A stretch of 64,000 bases of DNA from an uncultured delta proteobacterium (GCA_963713045.1 CAVQKE010000003.1:832001-896000), one strand, 5' to 3'. Positions 9,949-19,657 are shown, counted from the stretch's first letter. The notes: generated by a model from the letters alone, not told the origin. Numbers and translations: made by a program.

Positions 9949-10085
9949 AGGCCCCGTGTGGGGGGCGCTCTCCTCCCCCCCCGGGGCTTCCTAGGGCGAG
10001 GTGGCGCCTTCAGGCACCGCTGATGCGGCGACTTGCCAGCGACCAACCTTCGCGCCGCAAGGGGCGGTCGGCCTGGCAGACTAAA

Positions 10086-10604
10086 ATGCGAAGGCGAGCT
10101 TCTTCCCCCGCCGTGCGTCCACTGGCTTTCCTCCTGCTTCTCGCTGCCTGCGCCGCCCCGCCCGCCCCGCCTGCGCCGCTGGCCCCGGCCACTGCGCCCC
10201 CGACTCTCCCAGCCCCTGCGCCAAGCCCGCTGGAGGGCTGCCCGAAGGACTTCACCGGGCTGTGGCGACACAGCCAGGACGACGGCTACCGCTACCTCGC
10301 GCGAGACGACGGAGGCGTGGTCGTCCTGGACGTCCGCCATGCGGTGGCGGACGGTGGCTTCGAAACGGCGCAGTTGGTGCTCGTCCGCTCGCCTTCCAGC
10401 TTCCTCGGCGCCGTGGCTGTGGCCCACATGCACGCCGACGCCGGGTGCGTCGCATTTTTCCCGGTGGAGGTGGTCCAGTGCGCCGACGGGGGCGTGGTGC
10501 TGTCCACCGTGGAGCGCCTCCGGGTGGACGCCGACTGTCGAGCCGTCGCGCCCGGCGTCTACCACCAGCACCGGCTGGTGCGGGTGACGCAAGACGGAGG
10601 ATAA
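10086..10604 (+). CDS. Hypothetical Cys-containing lipoprotein
   Basis: LAFLLLLAAC lipobox, Pro/Ala linker, four further Cys. Start is ATG 10086 or GTG 10113. Confidence 0.7.
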   Translation: MRRRASSPAVRPLAFLLLLAACAAPPAPPAPLAPATAPPTLPAPAPSPLEGCPKDFTGLWRHSQDDGYRYLARDDGGVVVLDVRHAVADGGFETAQLVLVRSPSSFLGAVAVAHMHADAGCVAFFPVEVVQCADGGVVLSTVERLRVDADCRAVAPGVYHQHRLVRVTQDGG

Positions 10605-10662
10605 GCGCGTCTGACTTGGGGGGGACGGCGCCGCGCACTGGGGAAGAGGCGGCTCCGGCCCG

Positions 10663-12162
10663 CTAGGCCTCGGCGGTCAACGGCACGCGGACTTCGCGTC
10701 CCATGGGCATCCGCCCTTGGAAAAGGCTCATCAGCCCCACGTACAGAAAGCCCACCTGGAAGAGCACCAGGAAGGGGACCGACGTCCAGATGCCCGCGTC
10801 CACGGCAAACCACAGCGCGCCGGTGAAGTAGACGCCGAAGCCGAGCTCCACCAGAGGCATCAGGGTTTTCTTGCCACGGTAACCGCGCTTCACCGAGCCG
10901 AGAGACTCCTTGCCTTCGCTGCCCGTCTTCGGGGTGCGGGTGAAGCCGCTTTCCTGGCTGAGGAGCGCTTCCACCACGGCCTTGGCATTGTTGATGGCGA
11001 GGCCGATGCCCAAGGACATGAGGAAGGGCAGGTACCGCAAGCGCTCCCACCAGTTGAGACCCTGCTCTCTCTGGGCGGTGATGTAGAAGAAGCACACCGA
11101 GGCGGTGGCGGTGATGCAGAAGGGTAAGTCCAGGAAAAGAGTCGAGTAAAGCCCGTGGTTGAAGCGCACCACCATCGACAGTGGCATCAGCACCGAGAGC
11201 AGCACCATCAGCAGGTAGGCCAGGTTGTTGGTGAGGTGAAAGAAGGCCTCCTGTTTGAGGGCGAAGGGCAGGTTACTGCGCAGGATGCTGGGGAGCAGCT
11301 TGCGCGCCGTCTGGATGGACCCCTTGGCCCAGCGGTGCTGCTGACTCTTGAAGGCATTCATGTCCACCGGGACCTCGGCCGGCGACACCACGTCCGGGAG
11401 AAACACGAATTGCCAGCCGCGCAGCTGCGCGCGGTAGCTGAGGTCGAGGTCCTCGGTCAGGGTGTCATGCTGCCAGCCGCCGGCGTCACTGATGCAGGCC
11501 CGCCGCCAGATGCCCGCCGTGCCGTTGAAGTTGAAGAAGCACCCCGAGCGGTTCCGGGCGGTGTGCTCGATGATGAAGTGGCCGTCGAGGAAGATGCTTT
11601 GGGCCTGGGTGAGGATGGAAAAGTCCCGATTGAGGTGGCCCCAGCGCACCTGCACCATCCCCACCTTCTCATCGGCAAAGAAGGGGACGGTGCGCTCGAG
11701 GAAGTCGGGCGTCGGGACGAAGTCGGCGTCGAAGACGGCGACGAAGTCGCCGGTGGCCTGCGTCAGGCCGTGGGCCAAGGCGCCCGCTTTGAAGCCGAGA
11801 CGGTTGGTGCGGTGGACGTAAAAAATGTGAGTCCCGTGCGCACGGGCCCGCTCCACGACAGCGCGTGCGATGGCGGACGTCTCGTCGGTCGAGTCATCCA
11901 GCACCTGCACTTCCAGAAGCTCCCGCGGGTAGCTAATCCGGCACACCGCCTCAATCAGCCGCTCCACGACGTACATTTCGTTGAAGACCGGCAGCTGGAT
12001 GGTCACCCGCGGCAGCTGAGCCAGGCGGCCGTTGGGCGTGGGGAGGTTGAATTTGTGTCGGTAATACAAAAACGCCATCCGGTAGCGGTGTGACCCATAC
12101 ACGGCCAAAACGCAGAGGACGGCGAAGTAGACGCCGAGGAAAACGAATTCGACGGTAGTCAT
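10663..12162 (-). CDS. GT2 processive glycosyltransferase (cellulose-synthase/CslA-like)
   Basis: LDDSTD, FKAGAL, FDADF, TEDLD, QQHRW motifs; N- and C-terminal TM helices. Confidence 0.92.
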   Translation of the reverse strand: MTTVEFVFLGVYFAVLCVLAVYGSHRYRMAFLYYRHKFNLPTPNGRLAQLPRVTIQLPVFNEMYVVERLIEAVCRISYPRELLEVQVLDDSTDETSAIARAVVERARAHGTHIFYVHRTNRLGFKAGALAHGLTQATGDFVAVFDADFVPTPDFLERTVPFFADEKVGMVQVRWGHLNRDFSILTQAQSIFLDGHFIIEHTARNRSGCFFNFNGTAGIWRRACISDAGGWQHDTLTEDLDLSYRAQLRGWQFVFLPDVVSPAEVPVDMNAFKSQQHRWAKGSIQTARKLLPSILRSNLPFALKQEAFFHLTNNLAYLLMVLLSVLMPLSMVVRFNHGLYSTLFLDLPFCITATASVCFFYITAQREQGLNWWERLRYLPFLMSLGIGLAINNAKAVVEALLSQESGFTRTPKTGSEGKESLGSVKRGYRGKKTLMPLVELGFGVYFTGALWFAVDAGIWTSVPFLVLFQVGFLYVGLMSLFQGRMPMGREVRVPLTAEA

Positions 12163-12318
12163 CTTTGGCGCAGGCCCCTCCCGCAAGACGCTTTCTTGCG
12201 GTTCGCTTCACGACCGCCGAGGGACAGCAATCACCCCTCAGGCCCCCCGCCCCAGGGCCCCAACGGCTGGCGTCTCCGATGTCTGCCGCCTCCCCTTCCC
12301 TGGATGCGGCGGCGCGGG

Positions 12319-12347
12319 ACAATAGGGATCGAGCCTTCCGCTGTCAA
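12319..12347 (-). promoter_or_regulatory. Putative sigma70 promoter of the GT2 gene
   Basis: Minus strand TTGACA-N17-TATTGT, about 155 nt upstream of the ATG. Confidence 0.55.
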
Positions 12348-12428
12348 ACGATTCTAGCGATTCCGATGGCTTACAAGGGCAGCCCCGGCTCGCTTTTGAC
12401 GTTTCGCGTCAGACTTCGAGAGTCCACC

Positions 12429-13823
12429 TTACGGACCTCCGCTGCGGGACGGCGAGTTCTGTGCCGACGGCGGGGCAGCCAGGTTGGCTTGGGGCGGGTC
12501 AGAGGCGACCGCGGCGGTGGACTTTCCTTGGGCCTCGGTGGCGCTGTCGTGCAGGTAATTGAGGGCCAAGCGCAGCTGTTCGTCGTTGAGACCCGCGGTC
12601 AGCGTCCAGTCGCGTGCCTGAAGCACCCGGGGGACTCGGGCGTCGGTGGTGCCCTCGTTGCGCAGGTGGTGCCGTAAGTCCTTCTCCCGAGGCAGGTGCG
12701 CCGGGGCGCTATCGCGGCTGTCGGCGACCACGACGTCGGGCTGAATACCGTATTCCTGGATGCTCCGGCCCTTCGGGGTGAAGTAGCGGGCAATGGTCAG
12801 CTTGAGCCCGCTGCCATCCTCCAATTCGATGACGGTTTGGACCGAGCCCTTTCCAAAGGTGGGCGTCCCGATGATGAGGGCGCGCGCGTGGTCCTGCAGC
12901 GCGCCGGCGACAATCTCCGCTGCCGAGGCGCAGCCGCCGTTCACCAGCACGACCAGTGGGTAGGGTTTCTCGGTGTCCCGATCGTGACTCTTTTCCTCGG
13001 TGACGTTGTGCGCCCCCCGCCCGCGGGTGGTGACGATGGTCAGCTTTCCAGGAAGAAAGCGGTCGCTCACCGCCACCGCTTGGTCCAACAAACCGCCGGG
13101 GTTGTTGCGCAAGTCGAGCACCAGACCGCGCAGTTCACGCCCGCCGTTGAGGCCGCGGAGTCGGTCCAATTCGCGCTTCAGGTAGCTGTCGGTGCGCTCC
13201 TGGAAATTCTTCAGCTTCACGTAGCCAATGTTCCCGTACAGCGTGCCTTCGGCCGAGATGATGCGCACGTGGTCTCGCAGGATGGTGATGTCCTGGGGCT
13301 GGGTAAAGCCAGGCCGCATCAGGGTGAGTGTGACGCGCTTTCCGGCTGGTCCGCGCATTTTGGCCGCAGCACGCGCCACGTCCATGGCCTTGGTGCTCTC
13401 ACCGTCGATGGCGAGAATTTCGTCACCGGCGCGAACGCCGGCGCGGGCCGCGGGGGTGTCGTCCACCGGCGCCACCACCACCAGCAGGTCCCCCTTCTTG
13501 GCGATGTCCAAGCCGAGTCCTCCAAATTCGCCGGAGGTGTCAATCTTCATTTCTTTGAAGACGTCGGGCGGCATGAAGACGGTGTGCGGGTCGAGCGTGT
13601 CGAGCATCCCCTTGATGGCGCCGTAGATGAGCTGTTTGTCGTCCACCTTCTCGACGTAGTTGTTCTGCACGTAGCTCAGGACCCGGGCGAACAGCTCCAG
13701 CTGCTTGTAGGTGCTCGCCTCCTCTTGCGCCGAGGGGGGCGCGGCGGCCGGCGGTGTAGGAGGGGCGGCAAGAGCCTGCGCCGTAGAAAGCAGCAGCAAG
13801 GCGGCGGCAGTGGTGAAACGCAC
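12429..13823 (-). CDS. ctpA: Carboxyl-terminal processing protease (S41A, PDZ)
   Basis: Signal peptide; LDPHT, GEFGGLG, DLRNNPGG, ASAAEIVAG, FGKGSVQ. Confidence 0.93.
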   Translation of the reverse strand: MRFTTAAALLLLSTAQALAAPPTPPAAAPPSAQEEASTYKQLELFARVLSYVQNNYVEKVDDKQLIYGAIKGMLDTLDPHTVFMPPDVFKEMKIDTSGEFGGLGLDIAKKGDLLVVVAPVDDTPAARAGVRAGDEILAIDGESTKAMDVARAAAKMRGPAGKRVTLTLMRPGFTQPQDITILRDHVRIISAEGTLYGNIGYVKLKNFQERTDSYLKRELDRLRGLNGGRELRGLVLDLRNNPGGLLDQAVAVSDRFLPGKLTIVTTRGRGAHNVTEEKSHDRDTEKPYPLVVLVNGGCASAAEIVAGALQDHARALIIGTPTFGKGSVQTVIELEDGSGLKLTIARYFTPKGRSIQEYGIQPDVVVADSRDSAPAHLPREKDLRHHLRNEGTTDARVPRVLQARDWTLTAGLNDEQLRLALNYLHDSATEAQGKSTAAVASDPPQANLAAPPSAQNSPSRSGGP

Positions 13824-13922
13824 GGGGCTTCAGCTTAGTCCACCGCCCGACCGCCGCGCGACAACGGGCAAGCAGCCGGCGCCTCGGCGCAAGGCCTCGT
13901 TCGCCACGGCTCTTCCAAATAA

Positions 13923-13943
13923 TACGTAAACGTAATATACGTT
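13923..13943. promoter_or_regulatory. Overlapping palindromes, probable MarR operator
   Basis: AT-rich patch with TACGT-AA-ACGTA (13923-13934) and AACGTA-ATA-TACGTT (13929-13943), ending 5 nt before the marR ATG. Confidence 0.6.
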
Positions 13944-13948
13944 AACGG

Positions 13949-14419
13949 ATGAAACCGAGCGTCCGGCGCCTGTCCCTCGTTCCCGGCGTGCACCGCGCCA
14001 CCCACCGCATCGGCCTGTGGCTGGAGGCGGCCCAGCCGCCGCTCGACGTCACCCAGGGCGAAGCGCACCTGCTCGCACACCTCGCCGAAGCCGGGCCGTG
14101 CTCGGTGGCTGAACTGCATCGCGCCTTCGCCCACAAGCGCTCTTCCCTCACCACCTATCTCGACCGGCTGGAAGGCCGGGGATACGTCTCTCGCACCCCC
14201 CACCCCGCGGACCGCCGCTCGTTTCTCGTCTCGCTGACCGCCTCGGGTAGCTCCGCCGCGGCACGCGTGCACCGCCGTCTGGGGGCGCTCGAAGCGGCGG
14301 CGCTGCGGCGCCTCAGCGAGCGGGACATCCATGCCCTGCGGGCCGCGCTTCAGGCCCTACAGGACGCGACCGAGGCGGCCTCTCAAAAGTCCAACCAGAA
14401 GAAAGGAAGTGCCCCATGA
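13949..14419 (+). CDS. MarR-family transcriptional regulator
   Basis: Winged HTH with LDRLEGRGYVSR...DRRSFLVSLT. Confidence 0.9.
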   Translation: MKPSVRRLSLVPGVHRATHRIGLWLEAAQPPLDVTQGEAHLLAHLAEAGPCSVAELHRAFAHKRSSLTTYLDRLEGRGYVSRTPHPADRRSFLVSLTASGSSAAARVHRRLGALEAAALRRLSERDIHALRAALQALQDATEAASQKSNQKKGSAP

Positions 14420-14949
14420 CGGCTCTCTTGGCGGTGCTGGCAGCCTCCGAAGTCCTGGTCCCGCCGACCTCCGAGGTCACCCTCCAGCGGGTGACGCGGG
14501 TGGGCCGACAGACGTGGGACGCGCCGGCGGAGCGCGTCTTGCCGCTCCTCACGCCGCAGGGAGAGGCCGCCTGGGCGCTGGGCTGGAAACCGGACATCCG
14601 TTGGCAGGCCCCAGGCAATGGCGAAGGCACCCTCTTCGTCACCCGCACCCATCACCACGACGAAGTGGTGTGGGTGCTGCAGACGTGGGACGCCGCGGCG
14701 GGCCGGGTGGCCTACAGCCACCTTTTACCCGGCGTCCTGTTGGTCGAGCTCAGCGTCGTGCTCACCCCGCTGCCCCAAGGGAAGACACGCGGCGAAGTCC
14801 GCTACACCTACACCGCGCTGTCCGAGCGGGGCAACGCGCGGGTCGCGGAAATGACGGAGGAGCACTTCGTGGCCTTCATGCGGGATTGGGAGTCGCAGCT
14901 GAACCATTTCCTCCGGACCGGCCGGAAACTGGATGCGCCCCAGCCGTGA
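14416..14949 (+). CDS. Hypothetical protein, probable SRPBCC/START-like fold
   Basis: APAERVLPLLTP.GEAAWALGW...YTYTALS...WESQLNHFL; ATGA overlap with marR. Confidence 0.65.
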   Translation: MTALLAVLAASEVLVPPTSEVTLQRVTRVGRQTWDAPAERVLPLLTPQGEAAWALGWKPDIRWQAPGNGEGTLFVTRTHHHDEVVWVLQTWDAAAGRVAYSHLLPGVLLVELSVVLTPLPQGKTRGEVRYTYTALSERGNARVAEMTEEHFVAFMRDWESQLNHFLRTGRKLDAPQP

Positions 14950-15811
14950 CACCGAGCAGTCCGGACTCCTCTGCAAAATCCTCCAGGCGCCGCACCATTT
15001 CCCGGGGGCGCTCCATCTGCAGCACGTGCCCCACCGCCTCCACCACCTCAATGCGCGCGCTGGCCGGTAGGTGCTGGCGAAAATAGGCCAAGGTCTCAGC
15101 CGGAAGCAGCTTCTCGCTTCTGCCCCACAAGAGGAGCGTCGGCACCGCCACCCGCGCCAGGTCCTCCGGGGACAGGTGGTTCTCCAACGTCGCCTCGGCG
15201 CGGGTGGCCCGCACCGACGGGGTGTTGTGCACCTTGGGCATCTGCGGGGCGAAGAGAAGCGCCATCACCGGCGCGCGGTGAAAGAGGCGACGGGTGAAGG
15301 CCAGCCCCTGGCAGGCGGTGTTCACCTCGAGTCGCCCCATCAACTCCGCGAAGCGCTCCGGCGGAAGGCGCGCCCCGGCCGGCGCCAGGAGCCCGAGGGC
15401 ACACACGTCCTGCGGGTGCTGGACGGCCAGCGTCAGTACCAGCGCGCCGCCCAGCGAGTTGCCCACCACCAGCGCCGGCTCTCGCACCACCTGCTGACAA
15501 AAGGCATGAAGGACAGCCAGGTACCCTTCGAGCGAAAGCGGCCCGGAGTCAGGCAGCGGGGAAAACCCGTTGCCGGGCAAGTCCAGGGCGTAGACGCAGG
15601 AGAAGCGCGCGGCCAGCCCAAGCAGCATCCGGGCAAATCCGTTGGCGTTGCCGGCGAGCCCGTGCACCAGCACCACCGGAGCTCCCTGCCCCCGTCCGGC
15701 AAGTCGGTAGAAGTGCACGGCGTGCCCACCGACGCTGCGGACGGAAGCCTCGACGCCTCGCGCCACCAGGGCTCGGCGCACCACGCGGTGCAATAGCTTC
15801 AGGAGGTCCAT
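14876..15811 (-). CDS. Alpha/beta-fold hydrolase
   Basis: LVHGL, DLPGNG, GNSLGG nucleophile elbow, GHVLQME; 3' end overlaps the convergent gene by 74 bp. Confidence 0.88.
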   Translation of the reverse strand: MDLLKLLHRVVRRALVARGVEASVRSVGGHAVHFYRLAGRGQGAPVVLVHGLAGNANGFARMLLGLAARFSCVYALDLPGNGFSPLPDSGPLSLEGYLAVLHAFCQQVVREPALVVGNSLGGALVLTLAVQHPQDVCALGLLAPAGARLPPERFAELMGRLEVNTACQGLAFTRRLFHRAPVMALLFAPQMPKVHNTPSVRATRAEATLENHLSPEDLARVAVPTLLLWGRSEKLLPAETLAYFRQHLPASARIEVVEAVGHVLQMERPREMVRRLEDFAEESGLLGVTAGAHPVSGRSGGNGSAATPNPA

Positions 15812-15830
15812 GGGCCGGGGCCTCGACTTC

Positions 15831-16997
15831 CTAGCGCACTTCGCCCTGCGGGGCTGTGGCCTGCTGGCCTGACGCCCGGTTGAAGGCTGCGGCCCCGAGC
15901 CAAGGCGCGGGGTCCACCGCCAGGCCCTCGCGACGAATTTCAAAGTAGAGCACCGGACCCTGCAGCGAGCCGGTGTCACCCACCGTCCCCAACACGTCCC
16001 CTTCGAAGACGTGGGTCCCCAAGGCCCTCATCACTTCGGCGAGGTGCGCCACCACCGAATGGTAGCCGTCCCCGTGGTCTAGGATGACAACGTTGCCGTA
16101 GCCCCGCATCCACCCCGTCCAGGCCACCGTCCCGGGGGCGACCGCCCGCACCGGTGTGCCGCTGGGGGCGCGGATGTCGATGCCGCGGCGCAGAGTCACC
16201 GTGTTGAAGCGCGGCTCGAGCACCTTGCCGAAGCCAGCTTCAATGTGCCCGGGCGCGGGCAGGGGGAGCCGTCCGCGCAGTGCTCCAAAGCCGGTGGTTT
16301 CCGGACGGGCGTCGAGCTCGGCCACCAGCTGGTCAAGCCGGCTCTGGGCTCGGTCCAGCTCGGCCAGAACGCCGCGGCTGGCGCGCGCCTTGGCCTGAAG
16401 CAGCAGCAGCGCCTCGGAGAGCTCGCCCTTCTGTTCGACCGCCTCGGCGCTTTCTTCCCGCAGCCCGTCCAGGCGCTCGGCGAGGGAGACCTTCAGCCCA
16501 TCCAACTCGGCGAGCGAGGCCTTCTGAAGGTCGGCCACCGCGCGCATCTCCTGCAGCGCCGCAACGTCGCCGTCAACCAGCGTGGAGAGCGCCCGAGTCC
16601 GCCATACCAGCGAGGCCAAGTCCTGCGCCGGAAGCAGCACTTCGAGCGCGCTCCTCCGGGTGAGGCGGTCCAGCGCCCAGAGGCGCGGCTCCATTTCAGT
16701 GACCCGGGCTTCGAGGACGGCGCGGGCCAGCGCCTCCTGCACCTCGGCAGTCGCCAGACGTCCGCGGAGCGCGCGGACTTGCGCGGCCAGCGTGTCCGCC
16801 CGAGACGCGGCCCCGCGGGCCAGGCGCTCATAAACGTCCAGCACCGCCAGGGTGCTGCCCTGTTGGGCATGCAGCAGGGCAAGGGCCGCCCGTTGAGCGG
16901 CCAGCCGTTGCTCTCCTCGGGTGCGTTCGGCCCGGACGTCCTCCCCCCAGGCCGTACCCACGCCGAGAAGCAACAGCACCCGCAGGGCCGCTCTCAT
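15831..16997 (-). CDS. envC: Murein hydrolase activator EnvC
   Basis: Coiled coil plus degenerate M23 domain (RRGIDI and VLYFEIR lack the Zn-binding His residues); directly after ftsX. Confidence 0.85.
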   Translation of the reverse strand: MRAALRVLLLLGVGTAWGEDVRAERTRGEQRLAAQRAALALLHAQQGSTLAVLDVYERLARGAASRADTLAAQVRALRGRLATAEVQEALARAVLEARVTEMEPRLWALDRLTRRSALEVLLPAQDLASLVWRTRALSTLVDGDVAALQEMRAVADLQKASLAELDGLKVSLAERLDGLREESAEAVEQKGELSEALLLLQAKARASRGVLAELDRAQSRLDQLVAELDARPETTGFGALRGRLPLPAPGHIEAGFGKVLEPRFNTVTLRRGIDIRAPSGTPVRAVAPGTVAWTGWMRGYGNVVILDHGDGYHSVVAHLAEVMRALGTHVFEGDVLGTVGDTGSLQGPVLYFEIRREGLAVDPAPWLGAAAFNRASGQQATAPQGEVR

Positions 16998-17893
16998 GTG
17001 CGGAGGGCCCGACTGACTGCCAGAAAGCTGCCGACCAGTCCCAGCCCTGCCCCGACGGCGAAGAGCTCGAGTGTGTGTCTGAGGCCCCACAGGGCCTGGG
17101 CTGGGCTCGGCACGCGAAGGAAGGCCAACAGCGCCTCCAGCTGGGGCCCCACCCAGTGCAGCACTGCCTCCAAGCCGACCAGCGCCAGCGCTGCACCGAC
17201 CAGGCCCTGCAAGAGGCCCTCGATGAGAAAGGGCGCCCGCACGAAGCGGTCGGTGGCCCCGACCAGCTTCTGTATCTCCACTTCCTCCCGCCGAGCGTAA
17301 ATGGCCAGCTGCAGCGTCGCACTCACCACCACCACCGTGGCGATAACCAGGACGGCGAGGGCGAAGAGGCCACCCCAGCGCAGGGCGCGAGCCAATGCGC
17401 CCAGACGCTCCACCGCCTCCTCTCCCCAGTCGACCGCAGTCACCGGCGCCTGCTGCTGCAGCTCGGCGGCCAGACGCCGCAGCGAGGCCGGGTCACGCCA
17501 CGCAGGCGGGACGCGGAGCTCCAGCGAGGGCGGCAGAGGGTCGCGGGCCAGTCCTTTCAAGGCATCCGCCGCCGGCCCCAGCTCGCGGGTCAGCCGCTGC
17601 ACCGCCGCCCGGGCCGTGACCAGCTGTACCCCGAAGCCGCGGCTGCGCAGAGGGGCTGCCACTGCCTCCACCTCGGCCTCAGCAGCACTGGGCCGCAGCC
17701 ACACCGTCACTTGGACTTCCGTCCCGAGGCTACTGAGGAGGTGCTCGACGGCCCCGGCGCCGGCGCGGCCGAGTCCCAGCGCGAAGAGCGCAATCGCCAG
17801 ACTGAGCACCGCCACCGCATGCGGAAAAGGCTGGTGACGGATGCCCTGCAGCGCCGAGCGCCAGAAGACTTCCGCCTTCGCGACACCACCCAT
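16994..17893 (-). CDS. ftsX: Cell division permease FtsX
   Basis: Four TMs, DPLPPS, RREEVEIQKLVGAT..FVRAPFLIEG. Confidence 0.92.
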   Translation of the reverse strand: MGGVAKAEVFWRSALQGIRHQPFPHAVAVLSLAIALFALGLGRAGAGAVEHLLSSLGTEVQVTVWLRPSAAEAEVEAVAAPLRSRGFGVQLVTARAAVQRLTRELGPAADALKGLARDPLPPSLELRVPPAWRDPASLRRLAAELQQQAPVTAVDWGEEAVERLGALARALRWGGLFALAVLVIATVVVVSATLQLAIYARREEVEIQKLVGATDRFVRAPFLIEGLLQGLVGAALALVGLEAVLHWVGPQLEALLAFLRVPSPAQALWGLRHTLELFAVGAGLGLVGSFLAVSRALRT

Positions 17894-17920
17894 CGGGACT
17901 CTGGTTCTCCTTCGGTCCGT

Positions 17921-18610
17921 CTAGCCGGTGCGCCGGGCCGTCTGCACTTGAGCGGTGTCGGAGACCAGCCGCCCGCGTTCCAGACGGATGACGCGCTTCT
18001 GGTAGCGCTCGAGCAGTGTCGCATCGTGCGTCGCGACCACCACCGTCGTTCCGCGCACATTCACCTCGCACAAGAGGTCCAGTATCTCCAGGGTGAGGCC
18101 AGGGTCGAGATTTCCAGTGGGCTCGTCCGCCAGCAGGATGGTCGGGTCATTGACGAGCGCCCGGGCAATGACGACGCGCTGTTGCTCCCCGCCGGACAAT
18201 TTCAGCGGCAGCGCCTCGGCCTTGTGCTGAAGGCCGACCAGCTTGAGCATCCGCAAGACGCGCTCGCGGGACTCGGCCCGCGGCGTGCCCAGGACGTCCA
18301 GGGTGAAGGCGACGTTGTCGAGCACCGTCCGGTGGGGCAGAAGTTTGAAGTCCTGGAAGACGACGCCGATGTTGCGTCGAAGGTAGGGCACCGAGGCGTC
18401 ACGAATGCGGGCCACGTTGCGTCCGCCCACCAGAATCTGCCCCCGGGTAGGCTTCTCGTCACAGAAGACGAGGCGCAACAGGGTTGTCTTTCCCGCGCCC
18501 GAGGGACCGGTCAAGAAGACGAATTCGCCCTTGTCCACGGTGAGGTTCACGTCGGTCAACACCGGTGGGTCCCCGGGGTAGGACTTGGTGACGTGAAACA
18601 TTTGAATCAT
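17921..18610 (-). CDS. ftsE: Cell division ATP-binding protein FtsE
   Basis: [35 protein letters not shown]. Confidence 0.96.
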   Translation of the reverse strand: MIQMFHVTKSYPGDPPVLTDVNLTVDKGEFVFLTGPSGAGKTTLLRLVFCDEKPTRGQILVGGRNVARIRDASVPYLRRNIGVVFQDFKLLPHRTVLDNVAFTLDVLGTPRAESRERVLRMLKLVGLQHKAEALPLKLSGGEQQRVVIARALVNDPTILLADEPTGNLDPGLTLEILDLLCEVNVRGTTVVVATHDATLLERYQKRVIRLERGRLVSDTAQVQTARRTG

Positions 18611-18678
18611 CGGCGGAGATTCTCGCACAGGGGGCACCCTGGCTGCGATTCCACTAGACTGCCGTCCGAGGAGCCCGG

Positions 18679-19224
18679 ATGTCCGACCTATTTGACCTCC
18701 CTGGGGGTCCCCCGCAGCTCGAGCCAGGCGAGCCGGAGCCGGAACCCCTCCGTTCTCCGCGCGGCGGGGGGTCCTGGTTGCCCTGGCTGCTGGCGGGCAT
18801 CGCGGTGGCCGTTCTGGCCGGTGTCTCCTTCTACGGGAAGAAAGTCGTCGACGACCAGGCGGCCCGCACACTCAACGCGCAGCGGCTGGCCGAGGAGTAT
18901 GGCGCTCGGACCGGTCGGCTCGAGCAAGACCGCAAGGACGCCTTACGCCAGTCGATGGACCTCTCGCAGAAGCTGGATGAGGTGGGCGCTGCGCGCTCCG
19001 CCTTGGCGGACCAGCTGAAGGACAAGGAGAGTGCGCTGTCCAACTTGAGCCAGCGGCACGAGACTCTGCTGAACGAGTTACGTTCAGCCTTAAGGACCGC
19101 CAAGAATAAGGCCTCTCTGCAGAAGCACATCTCGGCTGCCCTCAGCCGCGACGCCGCCTCCAGCGCGCCGGATGCGGGCGCTCCCACCGCTGCACGGCCG
19201 CATTCCCATTCCCACGCCCAGTGA
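18679..19224 (+). CDS. Hypothetical single-TM coiled-coil protein
   Basis: Pro/acidic N-terminus, TM WLPWLLAGIAVAVLAGVSFY, heptad-rich region. Confidence 0.7.
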   Translation: MSDLFDLPGGPPQLEPGEPEPEPLRSPRGGGSWLPWLLAGIAVAVLAGVSFYGKKVVDDQAARTLNAQRLAEEYGARTGRLEQDRKDALRQSMDLSQKLDEVGAARSALADQLKDKESALSNLSQRHETLLNELRSALRTAKNKASLQKHISAALSRDAASSAPDAGAPTAARPHSHSHAQ

Positions 19225-19238
19225 GGAGCTCAGCCGCC

Positions 19239-19541
19239 ATGAAGCTCGCGACGCTACTGCTACCGTTGGCCGTCATGCTCTTCGCAGCGACCGCTTGGGC
19301 CGACGCTGCAGTCAGAGTCCCCGTCGGAAAGACGACGACGGTCGACGTCGGCTTCGCCCGAGGGCTGAACTGCGATGACCTCTCGGTGGCGGACGTCCAA
19401 ATTCGAACCGTTTCCAAACAAACCAACCAGCTGGTCATCACCGGACTCAAGCCCGGACGCACCCTGTGCCGCGTCGGGAGTCCGAGTACCGGTCCGACAC
19501 TCCTGGTCAACATCGTCGTCGTCGAGAAAAGCGAAGACTGA
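19239..19541 (+). CDS. Small secreted protein resembling the pilus-formation/secretin N-terminal domain
   Basis: Signal peptide ending AWA; VPVGKT...DDLSVADV...LVITGLKPGRT. Confidence 0.65.
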   Translation: MKLATLLLPLAVMLFAATAWADAAVRVPVGKTTTVDVGFARGLNCDDLSVADVQIRTVSKQTNQLVITGLKPGRTLCRVGSPSTGPTLLVNIVVVEKSED

Positions 19542-19657
19542 GCCGGGCCAGGCCGACGCCCGCAAGCCCCCCAGCGAAGGGCAGCAGACGGGGCCAGCGC
19601 GCGCTGGTGCGACACGACTGTCGTCGCAATTGGCTCGCGGCAAGCCGCCGGGGCGCC

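Noticed and set aside
9750..10592. N-terminal 281 aa of the 841-aa M1 peptidase ORF
   Set aside because: Antisense to a lipoprotein gene and the intergenic element; a good signal peptide starts at 9749.
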